IMG/VR virus record: IMGVR_UViG_3300023174_000101
Span: 1 to 64,000 of that record
Direction: 5' to 3' (one strand)
DNA: 64,000 bases
From: a virus
Of the stretch, positions 30,322 through 37,812 are shown piece by piece. The notes below the pieces were generated by a model. The model was not told the origin of the DNA, searched no databases, and saw only the letters and a program-made list of their open reading frames with translations. The position numbers and the translations under genes were made by a program. Positions within the stretch are counted from its first letter, which is position 1. Each line of letters starts with the position of its first letter.

Positions 30322-30661
30322 TTAGTTTGCCCAGATACTGGTTGGTCAGCTTGCAACTCTCTTCGAATTCCTCTTCCAATCCCGTGTGCGAGAGAAATTC
30401 TGCAAATGTCATGCCACCAAATCCTACCTCTTGGGGGCTAGGCTGTATATAGTCAATTGTTGGGCTCATCTTGTAATCTGGGCGCCAAAGGCGGATTATC
30501 TTGAGTTGTGCTCTTAGGCTTTGGTATAGTGGATCCACGATTTTATCCAGGCTGCTTGGTTTTGCCTCTCTGCCGAGCATCTTTCCTCTGAGCCGAGCGT
30601 AAATTGCGACTCTAGCTAACGCCCTCTCGTCAATCGATCCATTGGCATCAAATAGAGGCAT
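30311..30661 (-). CDS. Hypothetical protein (start re-assigned to MPLFDANG)
   Basis: Operon packing between the 30616-30909 ORF and dnaE. Confidence 0.5.
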   Translation of the reverse strand: MPLFDANGSIDERALARVAIYARLRGKMLGREAKPSSLDKIVDPLYQSLRAQLKIIRLWRPDYKMSPTIDYIQPSPQEVGFGGMTFAEFLSHTGLEEEFEESCKLTNQYLGKLNDD

Positions 30662-30909
30662 TTCAGTGCTTCTATGTACTCCTTGTACTTGATCTTGTTC
30701 GCCCTGTACTGTTGGAGTAGCATCGGCACTATCATCTGGTATTCTTCCCACGTAGTATACTCCAGATGTAGCTCGAATTGCTCGCCTTCCATCCACGAGC
30801 ACTCGAGGCATACATACTCATCAAGCCCGCCCGAGAAATGCATCTGGGACAGGCAATTGGGACATCCCTCTGTGCAGCGAACCAGGCTAGTCGTTAGAGT
30901 ATCCAACAC
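30616..30909 (-). CDS. Hypothetical zinc-ribbon protein
   Basis: CPNC...CLEC. Confidence 0.5.
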   Translation of the reverse strand: MLDTLTTSLVRCTEGCPNCLSQMHFSGGLDEYVCLECSWMEGEQFELHLEYTTWEEYQMIVPMLLQQYRANKIKYKEYIEALKCLYLMPMDRLTRGR

Positions 30910-31336
30910 ACTTTAGGCACCGGAACTTGGTTCCAAACTGCAAGTATGAATTGACTTCGTTGCCACAGTCCGAACAAGGCACGACTACGATGAAGCTTTC
31001 GGTCTGCGGTTTCTTCTCTAGGAATCCTACAGTCTCGATGATGCGTGATACATCACCCGTACAGTCGCGGGGTACTGCATTTGGAGACTCAAGCGTACCG
31101 TTAGTGATAGACACGAACTTCATGGTGTTGATGTTAAAGCCTACGAGGCGGTAGTCCACGTTCATGGACGTGCCACGGTCGAACACGGGGGTAAGGCGCA
31201 TGATGGACCCGTCCATTAGGGCGTAGTCCTTGTAGTACGTGTTGTCGCCATTGAGGATAAAACCAAGCTCGCCCATCACGTTCTGAATGGCCATTAAGCT
31301 CTGCATGGCCATGTCCATCTGATTGTTGTATTCCAT
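30887..31336 (-). CDS. Hypothetical protein with C-terminal zinc ribbon
   Basis: CSDC...CLKC; GGAAG RBS-like sequence upstream. Confidence 0.65.
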   Translation of the reverse strand: MEYNNQMDMAMQSLMAIQNVMGELGFILNGDNTYYKDYALMDGSIMRLTPVFDRGTSMNVDYRLVGFNINTMKFVSITNGTLESPNAVPRDCTGDVSRIIETVGFLEKKPQTESFIVVVPCSDCGNEVNSYLQFGTKFRCLKCVGYSND

Positions 31337-32157
31337 TATACTTCCTCTTTGGTCTCGTTGAACCTGCGAATCATCTTATCCCTGGCCCGCTTGTACAGAC
31401 GCGTAATTCTTGGGCGTGATACCCCCATTAGTCTTGCCAGATAAATGTGCAGGCCGTCGATATGACGTGTGGCGTTGCTTTCGTTGCCGTTCGCCATGCA
31501 GAACTTCATGACGCGGTATTCGTTGCTGTTCAGTGTGTAACCATCTTCAATGATGCCCATGACTGTGTTCATCATTGAAGACTCTTCATTCTCGGGCGCA
31601 TACGGGTCGTATCTTAACGAACTCGTGCCTTCGATGATTGAGTTCCAGCTGGATGTACCCTCTCCGCCCTGTATCTGGAACTGCACGTCGCCCGAATCAT
31701 CGTGGCCTTCATCATCGGTGGAGCCGCTGTGCAGTTCGTGGTGGGAATAGAATCTGCGGCTCTTGCCGACCACCCACTTTACCCACTTGGTGAGGAACCC
31801 CTGGTGTGGGTCGAATAGGTAAGGTGTTGCACGTCCACGATCACCAATCTTGTAATCGTATAGGAGGTACTCTATCGCTGTAGACTGCATGTCGGCTAGG
31901 AGTTGCTCCATATCTAGCCCAGGTGTATTGCCCTGCTGCCGGGTATGAGTGATGAGCCGAATCATACCCGGCCTAAATATGTCCAGTAGGTTTTGCGCGG
32001 ACTTGTCCCGGTCAATGCCTAACTGTAGTCTGCATATAAGAATGTTGATTATAATGTTCTGAGTTGATACAGGCTTGCCTGTATTCGTGGCTAGTGCCCA
32101 GCACTTTGCACTATGCATGCACGTACTGCAAGACTGCTTTTGGGTAGTTATGGACAT
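31336..32157 (-). CDS. Divergent sigma-factor-like protein
   Basis: Region-2-like DMEQLLADMQSTAIEYL; region 4 HTH LARLMGVSRPRITRLYKRARDKM; N-terminal CSTC...C. Confidence 0.6.
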   Translation of the reverse strand: MSITTQKQSCSTCMHSAKCWALATNTGKPVSTQNIIINILICRLQLGIDRDKSAQNLLDIFRPGMIRLITHTRQQGNTPGLDMEQLLADMQSTAIEYLLYDYKIGDRGRATPYLFDPHQGFLTKWVKWVVGKSRRFYSHHELHSGSTDDEGHDDSGDVQFQIQGGEGTSSWNSIIEGTSSLRYDPYAPENEESSMMNTVMGIIEDGYTLNSNEYRVMKFCMANGNESNATRHIDGLHIYLARLMGVSRPRITRLYKRARDKMIRRFNETKEEV

Positions 32158-32214
32158 TATTCACCTAACACTGTATGAGCATATCATAGAGTGTAGGTTA
32201 CATTGTATAATTAT

Positions 32215-32940
32215 TTAGGCACCAGTGCTACCGAACCCGTTGTCGTTCCGGTCCGATGGCTTAAGCTTCGACACTGGATTGATGTGCAGATGCGGCACAC
32301 GGTACATAAATAGCATCTGCGACACACTGTTCCCCGCCTTAATGGCTACCGGCTCGTCAGACAGATTGTGTACCATGGTGAAAATCTGTCCACGGTATCC
32401 GGGGTCAATTACGCCGGGGAGTACGATGAGCCTGCGCTTGGACGTGCTGGACCGCGCCTGCACCACCCCGTACAGGTGATTAGGCATCTCGAGGAACACG
32501 TTGGACGGAATGTCCAGGAATCCACGCGGCGGACAGACCACATCCTGGTCGCATACCAAGTTCCAGCCAGCGTCACCCTGCAGTTTGGGTGATAGTATCT
32601 GGATTGGGGCTCCGTCGCGGTCGAGCAGGTAGATCTCATTCGCGGACTCGACCAGCTTGTGTCTAGCTTCATCTACGTCATCCGGGAGTACCAAGTATCG
32701 GTAGTTATTCTGCTCAAGCAGGACACTCTTCGACTCGCTGTAGAGGTCTTCCGCCTTGTCGAAGTCAATGGCGAGCCGGTACTCCGGGATGTGTACATCA
32801 AACGTGAGCTTCTGCCCACGGATGTACACGGACTTGTCCCACCAAAGCACATGACTGTGGGGGAACATGCTCCACAGCATTGGGGACATGCGGGCCTTCA
32901 ACTCTGCGTCACGCTCTACGATTTGGATTAGGTCAGTCAT
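32215..32940 (-). CDS. dut: Trimeric dUTPase with N-terminal Vsr/DUF559-like extension
   Basis: GDAGWNL, ARSS, GVIDPGYRG, SQ, RNDNGFGSTG motifs 1-5. Confidence 0.9.
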   Translation of the reverse strand: MTDLIQIVERDAELKARMSPMLWSMFPHSHVLWWDKSVYIRGQKLTFDVHIPEYRLAIDFDKAEDLYSESKSVLLEQNNYRYLVLPDDVDEARHKLVESANEIYLLDRDGAPIQILSPKLQGDAGWNLVCDQDVVCPPRGFLDIPSNVFLEMPNHLYGVVQARSSTSKRRLIVLPGVIDPGYRGQIFTMVHNLSDEPVAIKAGNSVSQMLFMYRVPHLHINPVSKLKPSDRNDNGFGSTGA

Positions 32941-33415
32941 TTCCTAGGGTCATCAGCTTGATGTCGTTAACAATTGACTGTAGGCACATGTCCACAGCCG
33001 CTTCGTCCTTAAGGTCTACATGAAACCACCGGTTTGCATCCACGCGATTGTTCAAGTACACGGACTTGCCGCGCTCGATGTTGGTGAACATCATCACAGT
33101 CTTTCCACGCTGACATGCCATATCGATTTCAATAGGCGTGCCAACTGTGGTTACACCCAGGGGCATGGCCACCACTACAATGTCGGCACTGTCCAGGGCC
33201 TCGCGGTTCACGTGCTCGATGTAGATGTCGCGGCGCTCAACCGGCGTGCCCATGAGCGTAGGGCGATAGGCGGTGGATGGGTCGAACACGACCGCGCCCA
33301 CGCCCGACTCCTGTAGCTTCTTCGTGAACTTCTCGCGCCAGTTGGGGAAGTCTACGCCTAGGTCGATGGGTCCTGCGGTGTAGATTAGTGCGCCATTCTT
33401 CAAGTTATTTACCAT
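32933..33415 (-). CDS. Nucleoside 2-deoxyribosyltransferase / dNMP N-glycosidase-like protein
   Basis: IYTAGPID..W, ADIVVVAM, GTPIEIDMA..GK.V pattern. Confidence 0.75.
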   Translation of the reverse strand: MVNNLKNGALIYTAGPIDLGVDFPNWREKFTKKLQESGVGAVVFDPSTAYRPTLMGTPVERRDIYIEHVNREALDSADIVVVAMPLGVTTVGTPIEIDMACQRGKTVMMFTNIERGKSVYLNNRVDANRWFHVDLKDEAAVDMCLQSIVNDIKLMTLGND

Positions 33416-33968
33416 GACTGTATGCCCTCTTCTGAATGAATTTGAATTGCGAAACTATCTGCTCGTCTGCGCCGCTCATGATTGTATAGTACGGCACTGT
33501 GCGGCGATTCAGTACGTCAAACACCCCGGCCATGTTCTTCTGTGCACGGGCGAGCCTCTCCAAGAACTCCTGCGTATTGTCCCTGCCGTCGCGAGACCTG
33601 AACCTGGCACGGTTAACCAGTGTTACGGGATCGCCCACGTTCACTTCAATCACGACCGGATTGTAAATCCAGAACTGGTCGATCATGTAGTTCACTTGGT
33701 CGTCGAACCTTGGAAAACCGTCCACGATGATGTTGTCTTCCGTGGAATTGTCTATGGTCTTGCAAAGCTCCAGGCGAAGTGCCTCCTCGCCGGGGAACAG
33801 GTCGGTTTTGGCCATTTCACGACCTGACTGTTCATCGATAAGCTTACGTGCGATATCCCCAGTGGATACACGCAGCGATTGATTGTTGAACACTTTGGAT
33901 GCCACCACGTTCGCGGTGTACGTCTTTCCGGAGCATGGGAGTCCGATAAAGAAGTATACGTTCTTCAC
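33405..33968 (-). CDS. Adenylate-kinase-like nucleoside monophosphate kinase
   Basis: GLPCSGKT P-loop, STGDIAR, IIVDGFPR. Confidence 0.85.
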   Translation of the reverse strand: MKNVYFFIGLPCSGKTYTANVVASKVFNNQSLRVSTGDIARKLIDEQSGREMAKTDLFPGEEALRLELCKTIDNSTEDNIIVDGFPRFDDQVNYMIDQFWIYNPVVIEVNVGDPVTLVNRARFRSRDGRDNTQEFLERLARAQKNMAGVFDVLNRRTVPYYTIMSGADEQIVSQFKFIQKRAYSHGK

Positions 33969-34255
33969 TCGTCCTCCTTATGCTCCCCAAGCTCATTAAT
34001 ATCGTCCTGGTAGATACCGCCAATGATGTCGTCTATGTGCTTGCACTCCGAAAGATATGGCATGTCGTGCTCTCCCTCGACACAGATGGACGTGCCGTCA
34101 GTAAGCTCAATCCACTCCAGTTTGAAGACGGGAGCGCCAAATTCACCAGTTATGCTTCCGTGTATGTCCTTGATGCCAACGTTATGCGGGAGCATCTTCT
34201 CCATTGAAATGCACCAATCGTGCTTGTCCGACTGCACGTCTTTACGAGTCTTCAC
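33965..34255 (-). CDS. Hypothetical protein
   Basis: GTG start overlapping upstream stop; VEGEHDMPY. Confidence 0.5.
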   Translation of the reverse strand: MKTRKDVQSDKHDWCISMEKMLPHNVGIKDIHGSITGEFGAPVFKLEWIELTDGTSICVEGEHDMPYLSECKHIDDIIGGIYQDDINELGEHKEDE

Positions 34256-34485
34256 TAGCGTTCTCCTCTTGCCTTGCGAATGGCGGCACGGGCAGCGTCC
34301 GCACGGTCGGGTGTGATGGTAATGCGGTATGCCGCACGCCCGCAAGATTCGACGACTTCGTGGACGGCATCGGCATAGCCGAGCAGCGCATTGAGCAGGT
34401 CCGGGGCGGCTTCCAGCAAGCGAGCATGATCCCGCAGTGCGCGCTCACCTACGGCTTGATCCTCGTTCCATTGTGCGTTGCTCAT
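34255..34485 (-). CDS. Small protein, AAP(D/E)LL family copy 1
   Basis: ARLLEAAPDLLNAL...ARAAIRKARG. Confidence 0.65.
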   Translation of the reverse strand: MSNAQWNEDQAVGERALRDHARLLEAAPDLLNALLGYADAVHEVVESCGRAAYRITITPDRADAARAAIRKARGER

Positions 34486-34724
34486 ATCGCCGTCGCCTTA
34501 TCTAGGGCCTTCTCTGCCCTTGCCTTGTCGTCATTAAAAGTGTGGCCACCGCAGCAGCCGCAACCGCTAGAGTTCAACAGCGCCTCTAGCGCTGCCAGTA
34601 GTTCCGGTGCAGTCTCAAGCAGCGCGGCCTGCTTGTGGCTAGTGACTTGGATTGTATAAGGCCGAAACCCATCCCTAGCCTTGGTCTTATCGGCACAGTT
34701 CGGGCATGTACAAAGGTTAGTCAT
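34482..34724 (-). CDS. Small protein, AAP(D/E)LL family copy 2
   Basis: AALLETAPELLAALEAL...AEKALDKA. Confidence 0.65.
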   Translation of the reverse strand: MTNLCTCPNCADKTKARDGFRPYTIQVTSHKQAALLETAPELLAALEALLNSSGCGCCGGHTFNDDKARAEKALDKATAI

Positions 34725-34959
34725 GCTTATCTCCTCTTGCTTTCTTAATTGCGTGCCATGCGTTGCACTCTGAACACGAGTCACAGTCGCAGAATCTCTC
34801 GCCACTACCGACAATGTTATCAAGCGCTTCTAAGAGTAGTGGTGCAGCTGCAATCAGAGCTGCGTCTTCGTCTTTAACTACGTCAGCGACAATTACGTTG
34901 TTCACGGTCTTGACCGTGTTGCCCCATTCAACATGCCACGGGCCAGGAGTGTGGTTCAT
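34717..34959 (-). CDS. Small protein, HTPGPW/AAPLL family copy 3
   Basis: MNHTPGPW...AALIAAAPLLLEAL...AIKKARG. Confidence 0.7.
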   Translation of the reverse strand: MNHTPGPWHVEWGNTVKTVNNVIVADVVKDEDAALIAAAPLLLEALDNIVGSGERFCDCDSCSECNAWHAIKKARGDKHD

Positions 34960-35279
34960 GATCTATCCCTAATTGCCTTTATAGCAGCTTCTTTGGCTTC
35001 TTCAATGGAGCTTGCCTTGCCCTCTTTGTAATATGCAGTCTGAGGGAATGCTTGCCACGTTATGCCGATTGGCGTGTTGCCAACCACTATGTAATATCCA
35101 TCTGCAATGGCGGTGTGGTTCTTAGTGGTGCGACCATTTGGTACAGTCCACTTAATCTCAGGTTCTGCAAGTGCCGCATCAATACGGTCAACGAGACCAG
35201 GCACGCTTCTGTCATAATCCTCGCTTATGACGCCTCGAGCTTCCTTGAGCAGTGCGCGCAGCTTTTCATTCTCAGTCAT
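34956..35279 (-). CDS. Hypothetical protein, paralog of 36240-36590
   Basis: EKLRALLKEAR...RIDAALAE...HTA..DGYYIVV...EEAKEAA. Confidence 0.7.
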   Translation of the reverse strand: MTENEKLRALLKEARGVISEDYDRSVPGLVDRIDAALAEPEIKWTVPNGRTTKNHTAIADGYYIVVGNTPIGITWQAFPQTAYYKEGKASSIEEAKEAAIKAIRDRS

Positions 35280-36243
35280 GGTGCGTACTCTTCAATCCTA
35301 TGTATAAAGTCACGGATGAGCTTTGTGTGGCCATGCCCACGGCATTCGCAGTGTGTGTCCTCACATGGGGACCAGTGTTCGTAATCATACTTGCGCCACA
35401 CTACTCTGAACGACCTGCCTCCCGGTGGTGCTGGCCATTCACGCACAATATCACCGTCCTTTGGGAGAACTCCTGGATCACTACTGTGTGCGGTCTTGTC
35501 GTCACAATGTGGGCAGGCCAGACTAGAATCCATAATCTGGGTCCGGAATGTTGTTTTTATCCTCGAACAGGACTTCTGCGGCGATACGCCCAACTTTCTT
35601 GGCCGTCCTGCAGTAGTTACGGAGCCTCTCGTCTGCGTCTTTTTCAAATTCATACAACGCATAGGCGCCTAGGGCGTGGCGGTTCATGATTTCTGCATAA
35701 ATGGTCTGCGCGTACGCTTGGACCATTTTCTTTCTTTCTTCGTCGCTCATGAGCGCTCCTCAACGAACAGTATAATGCACAGTGCGGTCATCATTGCAAG
35801 TCCTGATGCCCAAGCTTTTGCCTCGTCGTCCCATCGTATGTCTAGTATCGCACAGAAGACTCGGACATATAAACCCGCAGCCATAGGAGCAACCACACCA
35901 AGAATCCATCGCTTCACGGCGTCCCTCCACCCACGGCGCAGGCGCACTCCACGCGCACAGGGGAGTTCGCGAACGGGTAGCGACTTGGCCGACAGGCAGT
36001 TACCGCGAGCGGTGTGCAGGACGCGACACACTTGGCGCACGTCTCATCTGGAGTGTGGTCAGACATCACCCAGTTCACCCCATGGGCGAGTGCGACGGAG
36101 CCAACAAGCAGAGCAACAGCGATTAGCGGCGGAATGACAACATCCTTCACGCCCCCGGTTGTGACATCTTTCACCTTTCGGGTTACGGCTTGTCCTTTGG
36201 ACCGGAAAAGTTGAATGACATTATCCTTCACGTCCCAGTTCAT
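35276..36243 (-). other. Four small hypothetical ORFs (35276-35533, 35523-35750, 35747-35917, 35914-36243), two with predicted TM segments
   Basis: Overlapping stop/start codons chain them; hydrophobic stretches. Confidence 0.5.
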
Positions 36244-36590
36244 GGCTTCCTCCATCCAACTGCAGTGAGTGCTGCTTCCTTGGCTTCTTCCAGCGTCTTC
36301 TTGGACAAGAACTCCCCCTTGTGCGACTGGTGCTGCGGGTACGCCGCCCACGATACGCCCGTCGTCGAAGGCTCGACGACGATGTAGTAGCCGTTGACCA
36401 TCGCCGTGTGCTTCTTGCTGCCGGTGAACTCCGGGGCGTCCCACCGCACGTCGGACTCCGCGAGCGCCTCCTCGATGCGGTCGATGAGGTCGCCTACGTT
36501 CTGGCTCGCCATGTCGTTCGGCACGCTGTACGGAAACAACACCTCTCGCGCCTCTGTGAGCAGTTCTCGCAGCTTTTCGATTTCACTCAT
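36240..36590 (-). CDS. Hypothetical protein, paralog of 34956-35279
   Basis: EKLRELLTEAR...RIEEALAE...HTAMVNGYYIVV...EEAKEAA; AGGAGG RBS. Confidence 0.7.
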   Translation of the reverse strand: MSEIEKLRELLTEAREVLFPYSVPNDMASQNVGDLIDRIEEALAESDVRWDAPEFTGSKKHTAMVNGYYIVVEPSTTGVSWAAYPQHQSHKGEFLSKKTLEEAKEAALTAVGWRKP

Positions 36591-36766
36591 TTATCCTCCT
36601 TGAATAGACCATCGCCAAGCTTGTGTCCGAGTTGGTGGGCTCGGTAGCCACGCATGTATCCGTACGCATGGGCGCTTATAGCCTTCCTCTCGTAGTAGTC
36701 ATAAGTCCAAATTAGGCTACACGCCACACCCAGCAGCCACCCACCGATGAAGACTAAGTATATCAT
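36587..36766 (-). CDS. 59-aa membrane protein absent from the ORF track
   Basis: MIYLVFIGGWLLGVACSLIWTY...; ATGA overlaps on both sides. Confidence 0.55.
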   Translation of the reverse strand: MIYLVFIGGWLLGVACSLIWTYDYYERKAISAHAYGYMRGYRAHQLGHKLGDGLFKEDK

Positions 36767-37746
36767 TCATTGTCCGTAACTAGTGGGGCCTGGAGCATTT
36801 CGTCTGCACCTACCCATGTGGCAGTTGCCTTCTTCTCTTGGAGCTTTTTGTGCAAAAATCGTGCCGATTCTTCCCGCTGACGAGTCGCAATGTTCACCAG
36901 GGACTCGCGGTGTGTAGCCCATGTTGGGCCCTCAGCATAAGCTTGAACACGTCTAAGCTCTCGCTGTGCCTCATCCCGTTCACGTACCAGCTGTTGCCAC
37001 ATACCGTCTAGTCGTGCGAATTCTGTTTCCACGGGTCGCTCTTTCATGGCCTTGAGTGCTGCTTCTGCCTCATCAGCACGTTTGACCATTCGGTCCGCAT
37101 GCTGCACTTCGGCCTCCCACATCTGTGCAGCCTTGGCACGCTCCGCGCGCTCGTGGTCTAGCATCCACTTCAACGAGCTTATTTCACTCTTAAGTATGTC
37201 AACTTCTATTAAGTGGCCAGCCCGCATGTTCTCTTTTAGGAAATCTGCACCAGTCTGTTCGGACACCATGTTGCTTGCTGTACCCTCGATTTGTTCCTTG
37301 AGAAGCCGCTGGGCAGCATCCCGCTGCCACCGCGCATCGTCCCGCTCTTTCACCATACGGTCACGTAGCACCCATGCCTGTGCGGTTTCGCCAGCAAGCT
37401 TATTACATTCCGCTTGCAGGCGATCCGCCCTTGCACGGGCTTCGTCAGTACGCTCCCAGGCCCTGGAAAGGTGGTCGCGCAACGTCTCACGCTGTTCTTT
37501 CAGTACCTCGATGGTGTCCTTCGCTTGGTCTGCTACCGCCCGCGCCTCGTTGCGCTCGCGCAGGGCTTCGTTGCGCTCATGGATGCATTGGGCGTCGGTG
37601 ACGATGAACAGGGGCTCCGCATCTACTTGCGACCAATCATGCCCACACGCCGCACAGCCGTAGATGGGGGTCAGCGGATTCGTCATGAGACTGCCGATAC
37701 GCTGCGCTTTGGACTTATTACACTTCGGACAGGGGATGTTGCTCAT
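36763..37746 (-). CDS. Coiled-coil protein with N-terminal zinc ribbon
   Basis: CPKC...CAAC then ERDEAR-type heptads; AAGGAG RBS. Confidence 0.7.
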   Translation of the reverse strand: MSNIPCPKCNKSKAQRIGSLMTNPLTPIYGCAACGHDWSQVDAEPLFIVTDAQCIHERNEALRERNEARAVADQAKDTIEVLKEQRETLRDHLSRAWERTDEARARADRLQAECNKLAGETAQAWVLRDRMVKERDDARWQRDAAQRLLKEQIEGTASNMVSEQTGADFLKENMRAGHLIEVDILKSEISSLKWMLDHERAERAKAAQMWEAEVQHADRMVKRADEAEAALKAMKERPVETEFARLDGMWQQLVRERDEAQRELRRVQAYAEGPTWATHRESLVNIATRQREESARFLHKKLQEKKATATWVGADEMLQAPLVTDNE

Positions 37747-37756
37747 CACTTGTTCT

Positions 37757-37791
37757 CCTTGGGTTGAACTTCCTTGGGTTGAACTTCCTTG
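37757..37791. repeat. 15-bp tandem repeat CCTTGGGTTGAACTT x2.3
   Basis: Copies at 37757-37771 and 37772-37786, partial 37787-37791, related CCTTGGGT at 37801. Confidence 0.85.
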
Positions 37792-37812
37792 CAAGTACGA
37801 CCTTGGGTGGCG

